A stretch of 62,348 bases of DNA, filler included. It is 5 parts of 5 records of this genome, joined end to end, with 100 filler letters (N's around TTAATTAATTAA, not from the genome) between each part and the next. Parts side by side here need not be neighbours in the genome. Positions count along the whole stretch, not along the records: positions 13,589 to 33,782 come from SRR20825010_781; positions 33,883 to 47,838 come from SRR20825010_782; 3 more parts are not named here. The stretch is one strand, 5' to 3'. The notes under the pieces were generated by a model that worked only from the letters and a program-made list of their open reading frames with translations, was not told the DNA's origin and did no database searches. Each line of letters begins with the position of its first letter. The stretch's first letter is position 1. Positions 29,600-40,240 of this stretch are shown piece after piece. A program made the translations under genes and the position numbers.

Positions 29600-30493
29600 C
29601 TAGAAATAGGTGCCGTAAGCCTCATAGTCACGCGCATACCGCGCACGAGCTTCTTCTTCCAGCGCATCACTCGGTTCGATCTTCGCCATGTCTTTGGAGC
29701 GGAAGTTATGAATAGCAGGAATATCCACGCCCACTTTTTCTGACAGTTTTAACCGCAAACTGTCCATCTCCTTCACCGGACCGATCCAGTCAAAAATGCT
29801 GGCGTCTGCACCTGCGATATCAGCGATGCCATTAGTATGAGCACGAAGCGTGCGGAACACTTGGCGGTACCGGGTAAGGTTTGCGAGAAACTCGTCATAG
29901 CTGGGTTGCAGCTTGAGCCCCAAGTAGGTCTCTCGCCCCATGACTTCTTTTGACAGGTCATTGGTGAACACGAGATTGAAGCGGTAGTAGGACCGGAGCC
30001 GTGAGATTGGGTCCCGCACCACGAGAAACTTGAACCAGTTTGCATGGGTTTCATGCAACCGCGTACGGTCTTCAAACGCGTAAGGCGCGTGTTTTGACAC
30101 CAGCGTATGAGAATGCCCCTCAGCTCGCTCACCTGTCAGGATATGGTAGAGCATATCCTTGATCGTGGTGGAGCCGCATTTCGGGACATGGAGATAAAGT
30201 ATCTTGTGATCACTCACGCTCGTAAAGGCTGACCGGTTCGATTTGGCGAGCGCAAGCTCTCCCGGTGTTGGGCCTTTCACATGCTCGATGATACGCGCCA
30301 TCAACTCGTGGGCAGCTTGTTCGTCACCCTGCATCAGCAAAATACGGCGGAGGAACCGCCAAAGCCGCACATGATCATAATCGTCAAGCGCGCTTGTAAT
30401 CAGCGCATGAGCCTCATCGACGGCCTCATCCTGCAGAAGAGCTTCAGCCTTCTGGACCAAATGATTGATCTCTGTATTTTTCGCAGTATCCAT
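29600..30493 (-). CDS. PAPS-dependent sulfotransferase (family 2 type) with helical N-terminal extension
   Basis: HVPKCGSTTIK (5'-PSB loop), VRDPISRLRSYY (3'-PB), YARDYEAYG tail. Confidence 0.85.
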   Translation of the reverse strand: MDTAKNTEINHLVQKAEALLQDEAVDEAHALITSALDDYDHVRLWRFLRRILLMQGDEQAAHELMARIIEHVKGPTPGELALAKSNRSAFTSVSDHKILYLHVPKCGSTTIKDMLYHILTGERAEGHSHTLVSKHAPYAFEDRTRLHETHANWFKFLVVRDPISRLRSYYRFNLVFTNDLSKEVMGRETYLGLKLQPSYDEFLANLTRYRQVFRTLRAHTNGIADIAGADASIFDWIGPVKEMDSLRLKLSEKVGVDIPAIHNFRSKDMAKIEPSDALEEEARARYARDYEAYGTYF

Positions 30494-30502
30494 GCCGTTT
30501 GA

Positions 30503-31498
30503 TTAGGCTACATCTAGGCTAAACACAAGAAGAAGCGTGCGCTGGCTGGCGCGAAAATTGTCGTCAGAGATCATGATGATCCGTGTTGGCTGGCCATCGG
30601 CCTCAATCACGTCCAAGCCTTCCATATTATCCACCGTATAGGGTGGCTCAAGATGCAACAGCTCTTCACCAACAAGGGTAGCGCCCGGTTTGATATCCTC
30701 CGCCTTGATGCGCACAAGTTTGGCCGCAACCCCGCTGAGAAGGGAAAACCGCCGGAGCAACAATAGAACATCGCCATTCTTCAGCGTCGCCGCATCGGTT
30801 GGGGAAAAATTTAGCGGCGGTTTGAAGTAGATATCGTCGGCACCGTCTTCGCGGGCAATCCAGCCCCGCAACCTGCCGCGTGTATCAAGGCCGCCTTCAA
30901 CTAACGTCAGAATGCCGCCCTCAACCGAGGTGATCGCCTCCACTCCACCATTTGTGGCCAAGCCCCGGAAATCCAAATGCTTATTGTGAAGCAGGAATGT
31001 GATGTCACCGTCCGCCGCCACGGCCAGCAGCCTGTGGTAGCTTTCAAAAGCCACCAAATAGCCGCCTTCGAAGCGGATCAGGCTTTCCGCATCAAGCCCT
31101 TTTTTGCTGTGGTCCTGGGCCTTGCTATCAAAAGGCCGCATGACGGCAGAAAGAAAGGGTGCTTTCCGTCCCCAATCCATATCCGCTGAGAACCAGTCAC
31201 CGCGATCACTGATGGCCATCAGGCTCGCGTCATCCGCCACGAGGCCTGAAAAACCACCAAAATTTTCATTATCAGCCGTGAGAGACCACCCCGCCAGGTA
31301 ACGCAGTTTTCCCGCGTGGTTCAGGCTCAGGTCCTCCGGGTTAAGGGGAACCGCTTTTGCTGTGACCGTGATTTCCGTTGGCCCCGCAAGCGGGTGCGAC
31401 GGCTTGTTGCCAGCCAAATTCTGGTAGGTTGCGAATGCTGCCAGCGCCACTGCCGACACCAGCGCAAACGAAATTTTCCGGGGATGCCGCATGATCAT
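30503..31498 (-). CDS. esterase-like activity of phytase family protein
   Basis: FGGFSGL, ISDRG, DAESL, DNMEGL, ISDDNF..QRTLL; usual neighbour of cobT. Confidence 0.85.
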   Translation of the reverse strand: MIMRHPRKISFALVSAVALAAFATYQNLAGNKPSHPLAGPTEITVTAKAVPLNPEDLSLNHAGKLRYLAGWSLTADNENFGGFSGLVADDASLMAISDRGDWFSADMDWGRKAPFLSAVMRPFDSKAQDHSKKGLDAESLIRFEGGYLVAFESYHRLLAVAADGDITFLLHNKHLDFRGLATNGGVEAITSVEGGILTLVEGGLDTRGRLRGWIAREDGADDIYFKPPLNFSPTDAATLKNGDVLLLLRRFSLLSGVAAKLVRIKAEDIKPGATLVGEELLHLEPPYTVDNMEGLDVIEADGQPTRIIMISDDNFRASQRTLLLVFSLDVA

Positions 31499-31504
31499 CA
31501 GATG

Positions 31505-33361
31505 TTATCCAAGTCGCCTTGGTGTTGGCACGGCTTCCTCGAATAGAGACGCCAGCTGCTCTGTCATGGCACCGCCAAGCTGTTCTGCATCAAGGATGGT
31601 GACAGCTCGCTTGTAGTAGCGGGTAACATCATGCCCGATACCGATGGCGATCAGTTCCACGGGCGAACGTTCTTCAATCCATTTGATGACCTGACGCAGA
31701 TGGTTTTCAAGATAAACGCCTGAATTGACACTCAAAGTGCTGTCATCCACCGGTGCACCATCCGATATCACCATCAGGATACGGCGTTCTTCCGCGCGCG
31801 CCATCAAGCGGTTATGGGCCCAGAGAAGGGCTTCACCGTCGATATTTTCCTTGAGCAAACCTTCGCGCATCATCAGGCCCAGATTACGGCGGGACCGGCG
31901 CCATGGCGCATCGCCGGTTTTATAGATGATATGCCTCAGGTCATTGAGCCGGCCCGGCGCTTTTGGTCGTCCATCCTGCAGCCATTTCTCGCGCGATTGT
32001 CCGCCCTTCCAGGCTTTGGTCGTGAAGCCAAGGATTTCGACCTTCACGCCGCAACGCTCAAGTGTGCGGGCGAGAATGTCGGCGGAAATAGCCGCAATCG
32101 AGATCGGCCTGCCCCGCATGGAGCCGGAGTTATCCAGAAGCAGTGTTACCACCGTATCCTTGAACTCGGTTTCGCTCTCAAGCTTGTAAGAAAGCGGCTT
32201 GGTAGGGCTAGAGACCACACGTGCGAGCCGCCCTGCGTCCAATATGCCTTCTTCCAAATCAAACTGCCAATGGCGACGCTGCTGGGCCAGCAACCGGCGC
32301 TGCAGCCGGTTTGCAAGTTTTGAAACGGCGCCTGAGAGGTGCGCCATCTGCTGATCGAGATATTTCCTCAGCCGCTCCAGCTCTTCAAGGTCGCAAAGCT
32401 CCTCGGCTTTCAGGACTTCGTCAAATTCTTCAGTGAAAACCTGATAGAAGGGCGTGTCCGGCAGATGATCAAGCGGGCGGTTGGGGCGCCACGGAATAGT
32501 ACCCTCATGTTTACCCTCGCCCGCGTCGGCATCGCTGTCTTCCATCTCTTCCATGGCAGCATCAGAAGAAGCGTCATCATCAGCGGTTTCGCCTTCACTG
32601 TCGTCCGAGCTTTCAGCGCCGTCGGCTTCGCCGTCACCATCATCGCCCGGGTCACCATCCGGGCTGTCTGGCGCGTTGCCGTCGCCCTCTTCCGGTTGGT
32701 CTTCTTCCTCGCGATCCCGTTTTTCGCCGTCGCCATCGCCAATGAGCTCGGCAATGATGCTGCGGCTGATGACCGACAAGCCTTTCTGGTCTTCAACTTT
32801 ACCTTCAAGGCTATCAAGAAGGTGGCCAACACTTTCCTCTAACCACTTGCGCTGGCTCTCAACCGCAACAACTGCGCTCTCTGGTGGCTGCGCGCCCGTA
32901 AGCCGCTCGCGCACCAGAAGGCCAAGCACAGAAGCAAGGCGACCAGCTTCATCATCCGTCGGGCGTGAAAGCCCTGCTTCAAGCGCCCGTTTCTCCGTCA
33001 AGGCCCCAAGGTTTGCTTTAACGCCAGACATAGCCCTTGCGCCAATGGCCTCAAAACGCGCCTGCTCAACCGCATCAAAGATTGCACGGCCAATCGCACC
33101 GGATGGGGAAAGCTTGCTGTGAAGTTTCGGGTCATGATGCCGATGCTTGAGGGCAAAGCTGTCTGCAATGCCGCGCACCTCAGCCACATCCTGGGCTCGC
33201 ACCTTGTGTGGTAGGTGTGGCACGCGCATCTCGCCCGCCACAAGGCCGGGCACGTCAGCCGTGAATTTGACATCGAGCGCCTTGTCCTGCGCCACCGCAC
33301 GGGTGGTGGCGGCAAGTGCGTGCTCGAACGTCTCTTTCGGTTTTTGGCTGCCGTCTGCCAT
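31505..33361 (-). CDS. cobT: cobaltochelatase subunit CobT (VWA domain)
   Basis: Acidic linker, [44 protein letters not shown]. Confidence 0.96.
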   Translation of the reverse strand: MADGSQKPKETFEHALAATTRAVAQDKALDVKFTADVPGLVAGEMRVPHLPHKVRAQDVAEVRGIADSFALKHRHHDPKLHSKLSPSGAIGRAIFDAVEQARFEAIGARAMSGVKANLGALTEKRALEAGLSRPTDDEAGRLASVLGLLVRERLTGAQPPESAVVAVESQRKWLEESVGHLLDSLEGKVEDQKGLSVISRSIIAELIGDGDGEKRDREEEDQPEEGDGNAPDSPDGDPGDDGDGEADGAESSDDSEGETADDDASSDAAMEEMEDSDADAGEGKHEGTIPWRPNRPLDHLPDTPFYQVFTEEFDEVLKAEELCDLEELERLRKYLDQQMAHLSGAVSKLANRLQRRLLAQQRRHWQFDLEEGILDAGRLARVVSSPTKPLSYKLESETEFKDTVVTLLLDNSGSMRGRPISIAAISADILARTLERCGVKVEILGFTTKAWKGGQSREKWLQDGRPKAPGRLNDLRHIIYKTGDAPWRRSRRNLGLMMREGLLKENIDGEALLWAHNRLMARAEERRILMVISDGAPVDDSTLSVNSGVYLENHLRQVIKWIEERSPVELIAIGIGHDVTRYYKRAVTILDAEQLGGAMTEQLASLFEEAVPTPRRLG

Positions 33362-33395
33362 CAGATGTACCCTAAACTCTTTTGATGCTTTTGCG

Positions 33396-33782
33396 TTACG
33401 CGCCGATCACCAGATTGCTCGCGGATTCCTTAAGGTCTTCCCCGAACGAGCGCTGGTAATATTCCGCCACGATTGACCGCTCGGCCTCATCACATTTGTT
33501 GAGGAAGCTGACCCGGAAACCAAAGGAAACATCACCAAAAATGCGTGCGTTTTGCGCCCATGTCAGCACCGTACGTGGGCTCATCACTGTAGAAATATCG
33601 CCCGCCATAAAGCCGGTGCGTGTGAGGTCTGCGACCCGCACCATATTGGCGATTGTCTTACGGCCCTCTTCATTGTCGTAGCTTGGCTCTTTCGCGACAA
33701 TGATGCTGGTTTCCGTTGAATGCGGCAGATAGTTGAGCGTGCCCACGATGTTCCAGCGGTCCATCTGGCCCTGGTTGATCTG
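33396..33782 (-). CDS. cobS: cobaltochelatase subunit CobS (3' part)
   Basis: [35 protein letters not shown]; directly upstream of cobT; 5' end cut by the contig edge. Confidence 0.95.
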   Translation of the reverse strand, partial: QINQGQMDRWNIVGTLNYLPHSTETSIIVAKEPSYDNEEGRKTIANMVRVADLTRTGFMAGDISTVMSPRTVLTWAQNARIFGDVSFGFRVSFLNKCDEAERSIVAEYYQRSFGEDLKESASNLVIGA

Positions 33783-33882
33783 NNNNNNNNNNNNNNNNNN
33801 NNNNNNNNNNNNNNNNNNNNNNNNNNTTAATTAATTAANNNNNNNNNNNNNNNNNNNNNNNNNNNNNNNNNNNNNNNNNNNN
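33783..33882. other. artificial contig spacer
   Basis: 44 N + TTAATTAATTAA + 44 N; GC content drops sharply across it. Confidence 0.99.
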
Positions 33883-35715
33883 GAAATAGATGAATCCAAT
33901 GCAGAGGATGCGGAAGATACCGAAAATGAAAAAAGGCATACCATTCCCATGCTGGATTACCACTCCATGTCCATGGAAAATCTGGTAGGAGAATTACAAA
34001 GATTGGTCAAAAATGAAAAGGTCCAAGCCATCAACAAGCACGTAAGTGCCATTAAATACGAGTTTGACCAAAAGTTTCAGGATTTTTTAGATGAAAAGAA
34101 GGAGGAGTTTGTATCCAAAGGGGGTAACGAGATTGATTTTCGATACAACTCTGTCGCCAAAAGGCAGTTCAACGAAGTATATTCCGATTTCCGTGAAAAA
34201 CGGGACCAATATTACAAGCAACTAGATCAATCCCTAAAGAGCAACCTTCAAAATAGATTGGAAATAATTGAAGAGTTGAAAGGGCTTATTGATATTGAAG
34301 AAGACATCAACACGACCTATAATAACTTTAAAGATTTACAGCACCGGTGGAAAAATGCCGGTCCCATTCCACGTACCAATTACAACGATGTTTGGCGCAC
34401 TTATCACCATCACATGGAAATCTTTTACGATTTCCTTCACTTGAACCGTGAATTGCGTGATTTAGATTTTAAACACAATCTGGAAGAAAAACAAAAATTG
34501 GTGGAACGTGCCGAGGCATTGGCCAACGAACCTGATTTAAACAAAGCCTTCCGCGAGCTACAGACGCTTCACAAAATTTGGAAAGAGGACATTGGACCTG
34601 TTGCCAAGGAGCATCGCGAGGAAATCTGGGAAAAGTTCAGCAATGCCACGAAGGCCATGCACCAGCGCAGGCAGGAACACTTTCAAGAACTGGAAAAGGT
34701 CTACGAAAAAAATTACGAGAAAAAACAGGAAATTATTGCTGCTATATCTTCGATTTCGGAGAATGTTGCGAACAACCACCGAGGTATCCAACAGCAGATA
34801 AAAGAAGTTGAAGCGCTTAGGGATTCATTTTTTAAAGCAGGCAAAGTTCCGCAAAGAGTAAACGAGGAGACGTGGGACCAGTTTAAACAGAGCGTTCGTA
34901 AGTTCAACAGGACCAAAAATGCCTTCTACAAAAACCAAAAGAAGGAACAACAGGAAAATCTGGAAAAGAAAAAAGAACTGTTGGAGTTGGCCATCTCTTT
35001 AAAAGATAGTGATGAGTGGGCCGAGGTAACACCTCAAATGAAGCGCATACAGAGCGACTGGAAAAAAATAGGTCATGTGCCCCGTAAATACTCAGACAAA
35101 ATCTGGAAAGAGTTCAAGGATGCCTGCAACCATTATTTTGACCGTTTGCATTCGGACAAGAACGAGGCCCATCAAGAAGAGTTTGAAAACTTTAAAAAGA
35201 AAAGTGAGTGCCTCGACCGTCTAAAAGAATTCCAACTAAGTGGCGATAAGAAAAAAGATATAGAGGATATTAAAGCCTTTTTGGCCGAATGGAAAAAATA
35301 TGGCCGCATTCCTTACAACAAAAAACACATCAATAGCAAGTTCAATAAAATTGTAGACGCCCTGCTAAAGAAATTGGGAGTTGGCAAACAACAATCCGAA
35401 CTGCTCAAATACGGAAACAAGGTCCAAGAGTTGGCAAAAACAGAGGACAACTATGCCATTGGCAACGAGCGCGTATTTGTAAAGCGTAAAATTGATGAGG
35501 TCAAATCTGAAATCCGTCAATTGGAGAACAACCTCCAGTTCTTCTCCAACGCTTCGGAGGACAATCCATTGGTAAAGGAGGTCATAAACAACCTGAACAA
35601 ACAAAAAGAGGCACTCCAAACTTGGAAGGAAAAGATGAAAAACCTCAATATTCTGGAACACAAGCTCAACAAGGAATCCGAAGAAGAAGAAAACGAGAGT
35701 AGCGAAGAAGAATAG
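33883..35715 (+). CDS. DUF349 domain-containing helical repeat protein (5' truncated)
   Basis: Repeated LQ..WK..G.VP....E.W..F motifs; frame open from the contig edge. Confidence 0.88.
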   Translation, partial: EIDESNAEDAEDTENEKRHTIPMLDYHSMSMENLVGELQRLVKNEKVQAINKHVSAIKYEFDQKFQDFLDEKKEEFVSKGGNEIDFRYNSVAKRQFNEVYSDFREKRDQYYKQLDQSLKSNLQNRLEIIEELKGLIDIEEDINTTYNNFKDLQHRWKNAGPIPRTNYNDVWRTYHHHMEIFYDFLHLNRELRDLDFKHNLEEKQKLVERAEALANEPDLNKAFRELQTLHKIWKEDIGPVAKEHREEIWEKFSNATKAMHQRRQEHFQELEKVYEKNYEKKQEIIAAISSISENVANNHRGIQQQIKEVEALRDSFFKAGKVPQRVNEETWDQFKQSVRKFNRTKNAFYKNQKKEQQENLEKKKELLELAISLKDSDEWAEVTPQMKRIQSDWKKIGHVPRKYSDKIWKEFKDACNHYFDRLHSDKNEAHQEEFENFKKKSECLDRLKEFQLSGDKKKDIEDIKAFLAEWKKYGRIPYNKKHINSKFNKIVDALLKKLGVGKQQSELLKYGNKVQELAKTEDNYAIGNERVFVKRKIDEVKSEIRQLENNLQFFSNASEDNPLVKEVINNLNKQKEALQTWKEKMKNLNILEHKLNKESEEEENESSEEE

Positions 35716-35743
35716 CTACTATTTGCAACTTCTAAAAACAATA

Positions 35744-35770
35744 AAAGGACCTCCTTATCGGCGGTCCTTT
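35744..35770. terminator. probable bidirectional terminator
   Basis: AAAGGACC...GGTCCTTT inverted repeat between convergent genes. Confidence 0.6.
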
Positions 35771-35785
35771 CTTATTCTTGGACAG

Positions 35786-36214
35786 TTACACTTCAATATA
35801 CTCCAACAGATAATTGATTAAATCCGTAGTGGTCACAATACCAACAAGTTTACCATTGTCCACAACCGGTAACGCATGAAACTCTTTTTTGGAAAGAAAG
35901 CGCGCCACATCACGGATAGACGTTTCAGAGTTTACACTGACAACATCATTGACCATCACCTGTGGAATCGTAAACATGTTGTACACAATGGTATCCACAT
36001 ATTCCTCATGTTCATCCACCGCATCGGCAAAGCTAATCCGCAACAAATCCGTATAACTCAATATACCCTTTATGGCATTACCTTCTACAACTGGAATATG
36101 CCGAATATGATGCTTTTTAAATAACTTTTCCGCGGTCACCAAATCGTCATTGGTGGTAAGTGTCACCAATTTTTTGGTCATTATTTTTGAAACAGGCACA
36201 CTATTTTTCATCAT
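35786..36214 (-). CDS. CBS-pair domain protein
   Basis: VSKIMT, IRHIPVV, FHALPVV, LVGIVTTTDL. Confidence 0.93.
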   Translation of the reverse strand: MMKNSVPVSKIMTKKLVTLTTNDDLVTAEKLFKKHHIRHIPVVEGNAIKGILSYTDLLRISFADAVDEHEEYVDTIVYNMFTIPQVMVNDVVSVNSETSIRDVARFLSKKEFHALPVVDNGKLVGIVTTTDLINYLLEYIEV

Positions 36215-36429
36215 TCATGTTTTTATGGATTCCTTGAATGAAGTTAGTCCTATCTCCGTTGGAAAAGTATGACAAATATCACTGTTGATTGAGCTTTCAA
36301 CAATATGACAGGTCAAAAAAAATATATCGAAATCTCTCTTTGGTATTCTTTTTTTGGCCATACACCTCATTTTTTTGTTTTTGTTGTCCTGTTTGAAGCA
36401 TTTTTAAACAGTTAAACCAATCAACCACC

Positions 36430-37677
36430 ATGAAATATTTTTTTGTTCCCCTTTTGATTTTCTTTTATTCGATTTCAGGATATTCCCAAAACTATTATGA
36501 AACCAGCTGGGTAAGCGGTGAAGTAAAGTACACCGCCTTGGTCATTTTTTACGAGGAAAATGAAGCTTTGGTCCGCGTAAAATATTATGCCAATGGTTCG
36601 GACAAACTGGCCAACTATATCTGCAGCTATAAAAATTTTACAAAGTCCGATGGTACAGCGGACAGATATTTAGACGGGAATGATGCCTTTATTGTTCGTG
36701 GACCATCCAATGCCAGCTATAGTGCGGACAATTTTTATGTAAAGGATAACAATGGTGCTTACACAGCCTATACCGCAGACGATAATACTTTTGAAGGAGG
36801 TGACTTTACGGAATCGATGAAGCCTATGCTATACTGGGTAGCATTAAACCCAGAAGCTTTGACCAAAGGCTATTTGGACGATTACTTTAATGAAGATGAA
36901 GATGTATTCCGATTGCTTGTCTATTTAAACAAAGGTGAACTATCTTTTCCTGTCAAAACAAATGCTGTAACCGTTCTGGCCAATGGTTTTGATGGTGAAT
37001 CGGTCTGGGCTGCGGCCATGGAGAAAACGAGCAAAGTTTCATACACCGAACAGAAAATTAAAACATTGAACGAATTCCCAAGCGACTGGATTAAACAGGA
37101 ATGGGACAATGGCCTAAACATATCGGCTTTCGATTACGATGAATATAAAAATCAATTTACCGTTCTTATGAGTAAGGGAAATGGACTACAGCCACAATCA
37201 TGGAAAAAATCGGATACTTTTCCCAAGGACTGGGTCACCGAAAAATGGAACGATGATTACCAAATTACCTCAATGATGTATGGTAAAGGAAATTGGTACT
37301 TGGCCATGAATAAAAACACAGGGTATATTTCCCAAAGATGGAAAACCAGTTACGATATTCCCCGAGATTGGATTATTGACAATTGGAACGAGAACTACGC
37401 AATTACCTCTGCCACCTACGGTAATGGTGTTTGGGCCATAACCATGACCCAAGGCTCAAAACTTGGCGCACAGACATGGAAAACGGAAACAACATATCCA
37501 TTTGACTGGATAAAAGAACGAGCCGATAAAGGCTATTCCATTACAACAATAACCTATGGAGATGGTATGTGGCTTTTGGTGATGTCCAAAAATGAAACGA
37601 ATACCACAAACAGATCCAGTACACAATATAAGGATGTCCCTATTGATTGGATATTAAGAAACGTTATTGCGAACTAG
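36430..37677 (+). CDS. secreted protein with C-terminal ~46-aa Trp-rich tandem repeats
   Basis: Sec signal ending YS-Q; repeats Q.WK....P.DWI...W...Y.IT...YG.G.W...M. Confidence 0.85.
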   Translation: MKYFFVPLLIFFYSISGYSQNYYETSWVSGEVKYTALVIFYEENEALVRVKYYANGSDKLANYICSYKNFTKSDGTADRYLDGNDAFIVRGPSNASYSADNFYVKDNNGAYTAYTADDNTFEGGDFTESMKPMLYWVALNPEALTKGYLDDYFNEDEDVFRLLVYLNKGELSFPVKTNAVTVLANGFDGESVWAAAMEKTSKVSYTEQKIKTLNEFPSDWIKQEWDNGLNISAFDYDEYKNQFTVLMSKGNGLQPQSWKKSDTFPKDWVTEKWNDDYQITSMMYGKGNWYLAMNKNTGYISQRWKTSYDIPRDWIIDNWNENYAITSATYGNGVWAITMTQGSKLGAQTWKTETTYPFDWIKERADKGYSITTITYGDGMWLLVMSKNETNTTNRSSTQYKDVPIDWILRNVIAN

Positions 37678-37684
37678 CGCAAGG

Positions 37685-39256
37685 TTACTTGGCTACGTTT
37701 ACCGATCTAGTTTCTCGGATTACGGTTACTTTTACCTGGCCAGGATAGGTCATGTCCGTTTGGATTTTCTGTGAAATCTCAAAAGACAGCTCGGCAGCTT
37801 TGTCATCGTTTACCTTTTCACTTTCAACGATTACACGCAGCTCCCTACCGGCCTGAATGGCATAGGCTTTCTGTACTCCATGGAAACCAAAGGCTATATC
37901 TTCCAAATCCTTTAAACGTTGGATATAGGAGTCCAACACCTGTCTTCTGGCCCCCGGTCTTGCACCACTAATGGCATCACAGACCTGAACTATTGGAGAC
38001 AATAGTGTAGTCATCTCTATTTCATCGTGGTGGGCACCTATCGCGTTACAGACTTCATCCTTTTCACCAAACTTCTGGGCCCACTGCATACCCAAGATAG
38101 CGTGCGGTGTTTCCACCTCCACCTCTGCCATGGGAACCTTTCCTATGTCGTGCAACAAACCGGCCCTTTTGGCCAATTTAGGGTTAAGTCCAAGTTCTGC
38201 TGCCATAACCCCACAAAGTTTGGCAACTTCACGAGAGTGCTGTAACAGGTTTTGTCCGTAAGAGGAGCGATACTTCATTCTACCTACCGCTTTAATCAAC
38301 TCAGGGTGCAATCCATGGATTCCCAAATCGATTACGGTACGCTTACCTATCTCGGCTATCTCTTCGTTGATTTGTTTTTCGGTCTTCTTCACTACCTCTT
38401 CAATACGGGCAGGGTGAATACGGCCATCTGTCACCAATCGGTGCAATGACAATCGTGCCACCTCTCTTCTAACGGAGTCAAAACAGGATAGAATAATAGC
38501 TTCTGGAGTATCATCAACAATAATCTCGACCCCTGTAGCGGCCTCGATAGCCCGTATATTTCGACCTTCACGGCCAATAATGCGTCCCTTTACGTCATCA
38601 GACTCCAAATTGAATACGGAAACACAATTTTCCACTGCTTCTTCGGTACCTATACGCTGAATGGTATTGACCACAATTTTTCGTGCCTCTTGTTGTGCGG
38701 TAAGCTTTGCTTCTTCCAGAGTATTCTGCAAATAGGCCATGGCATCGCTTTTTGCGGTCTCTTTTAAAGATTCCAACAATTGTGCCTTCGCATCTTCTGC
38801 GGAAAGACCGGAGATTACCTCTAGTTGTTGCACTTGACTTTTATGGAGTTTTTCTACTTCGGATTGCTTCTTGTCCAGAATATCACTTTTATACTCGACC
38901 TCCTTTATCTTTTGTTGATATTGATCGTTGAGTTTTTTGTTCTTGGCCAATTCGCTGCTTACCTGTGATTCTTTATCCCTGGTACGTTTTTCGGCCTCAG
39001 CTATTTTTTTATCCTTGTTGATAATAACCTTCTCATGCTCAGCCTTCAACTCCAAAAACTTTTCCTTGGCTTGGAAAATCTTATCCTTTTTAATGCTCTC
39101 TCCTTCTTTATTCGCCTCCTTAACAATGTAGGCAGCCTCCTTCTTTGCATTGGCAATGGTCTTGGACGCTTTGCCCTTCTCCATCATCTTGGCTATTGCG
39201 AACCCTATTGCCAAGCCCACTATAGCTGCGACAACAATTACTATGATATTATCCAT
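37685..39256 (-). CDS. rny: ribonuclease Y
   Basis: N-terminal TM, coiled coil, KH ([13 protein letters not shown]), HD (LLHDIGK), [12 protein letters not shown]. Confidence 0.98.
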   Translation of the reverse strand: MDNIIVIVVAAIVGLAIGFAIAKMMEKGKASKTIANAKKEAAYIVKEANKEGESIKKDKIFQAKEKFLELKAEHEKVIINKDKKIAEAEKRTRDKESQVSSELAKNKKLNDQYQQKIKEVEYKSDILDKKQSEVEKLHKSQVQQLEVISGLSAEDAKAQLLESLKETAKSDAMAYLQNTLEEAKLTAQQEARKIVVNTIQRIGTEEAVENCVSVFNLESDDVKGRIIGREGRNIRAIEAATGVEIIVDDTPEAIILSCFDSVRREVARLSLHRLVTDGRIHPARIEEVVKKTEKQINEEIAEIGKRTVIDLGIHGLHPELIKAVGRMKYRSSYGQNLLQHSREVAKLCGVMAAELGLNPKLAKRAGLLHDIGKVPMAEVEVETPHAILGMQWAQKFGEKDEVCNAIGAHHDEIEMTTLLSPIVQVCDAISGARPGARRQVLDSYIQRLKDLEDIAFGFHGVQKAYAIQAGRELRVIVESEKVNDDKAAELSFEISQKIQTDMTYPGQVKVTVIRETRSVNVAK

Positions 39257-39275
39257 GTTTGATTGTGTTTAGTTT

Positions 39276-39450
39276 AAAAAAAAAGCCCACATCGGAAGAA
39301 GTTTTGTACAAACTCCAAAATACAGGTTTAGGGCTACCAAGCTGATCAAGGATCCCTATACAAGTAGGGCCTGCTTTTACAGCCTAAACTCACCCTTTCT
39401 AATTATATTAGTGTTGAGTTTGTCAAAAATAAATTACCAATGTGGGCAGT
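39276..39450 (-). ncRNA. ssrS: 6S RNA (6S-Flavo type)
   Basis: Long rod between zapA and rny: GCCCACAT/ATGTGGGC, ACAAACTC/GAGTTTGT, GTTTAGG/CCTAAAC pairings around a central bubble, with a U-tract at the 3' end; zapA-ssrS-rny order is typical. Ends approximate. Confidence 0.85.
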
Positions 39451-39473
39451 AACAATATTTTATTTAAAAGAAC

Positions 39474-39767
39474 TTATTCCCCCAATTTGGAATGTACCAG
39501 TTCGTCCAAGGCCCTGAGACGCTGCATAGCTGCCTCTGCATTTTCCGAACGGTCTATTCCGCTTTGCTCAATTTTGGATGCAAATTGTAAGGCACACATG
39601 GCCAAAACATCCTGCTTGTCCCGAACGGCATAGTTTTGCTCAAACTTTTTTGCCAGATTTTCTATGTTCTTGGCTGCTTTTCGCAACCCTTCCTCTTGCT
39701 TGGGGTCAATCGTTAAAGGATACACCCTATCAGCAATGGAAAGCTTTATTTTGAGCTTCTCGTCCAT
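39474..39767 (-). CDS. zapA: cell division protein ZapA
   Basis: IKLSIADRVYPL...EEGLRKAAK...DKQDVLAMCALQFA. Confidence 0.92.
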   Translation of the reverse strand: MDEKLKIKLSIADRVYPLTIDPKQEEGLRKAAKNIENLAKKFEQNYAVRDKQDVLAMCALQFASKIEQSGIDRSENAEAAMQRLRALDELVHSKLGE

Positions 39768-39781
39768 ATTCTCGGTACCAG

Positions 39782-40072
39782 TTAATCCGCCAACTTTGCA
39801 ATGCAAACATCAAGTTCGCGAATCAATGTATTTATTTTGAGCTTAGCTTCTGTTTTACTAGTATTACTACCCAGCATTGTGTTTGCCATTTTTAGGGAAT
39901 CATATTTTTCCTCCCATTCGTTGAGCTCCTTCTGTTGAAGTCCATTTTCTTCTTTTTGAAGTTCCAATTCCTGTTTCAACTTGGCATTGAGTTGGTGCAA
40001 CAGCTCCATTTTGTGAAGCAATTTGCTCACCTTGTTCTCCAAAGAATCAACAATCTCAACAAGTTCGCTCAT
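39782..40072 (-). CDS. coiled-coil protein upstream of zapA (ZapB-like)
   Basis: Coiled coil ending KLKINTLIRELDVCIAKL; position before zapA. Confidence 0.8.
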   Translation of the reverse strand: MSELVEIVDSLENKVSKLLHKMELLHQLNAKLKQELELQKEENGLQQKELNEWEEKYDSLKMANTMLGSNTSKTEAKLKINTLIRELDVCIAKLAD

Positions 40073-40098
40073 ATATGCAAACAACAATACGTATTACA

Positions 40099-40106
40099 CA
40101 AAGTTA
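40099..40106 (-). promoter_or_regulatory. Bacteroidetes sigma-70 -7 element
   Basis: TAACTTTG matches TAnnTTTG upstream of the zapB-like/zapA/6S unit. Similar boxes at 41936(+), 43878(-), 43951(+), 50493(-), 50591(+), 51513(+). Confidence 0.7.
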
Positions 40107-40240
40107 ACGATCCTGCCACAACCTCGCAATACTTTTAAGATTTATTCTTAAAGCTTTGCTTCAAGTAAAAAGTGGTTTCCTCCAAAACTTTTTATCAAAT
40201 CAAAACATTGGTTACTTTCGTAAGGAATTATTGTTTTTAT

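Noticed and set aside
31505-33782. cobST without other cobalamin genes
   Set aside because: This AAA+/VWA pair commonly lies apart from cob clusters in alphaproteobacteria.
33783-33882. Sharp GC shift as a genomic island boundary
   Set aside because: Coincides exactly with the artificial spacer; different organisms.
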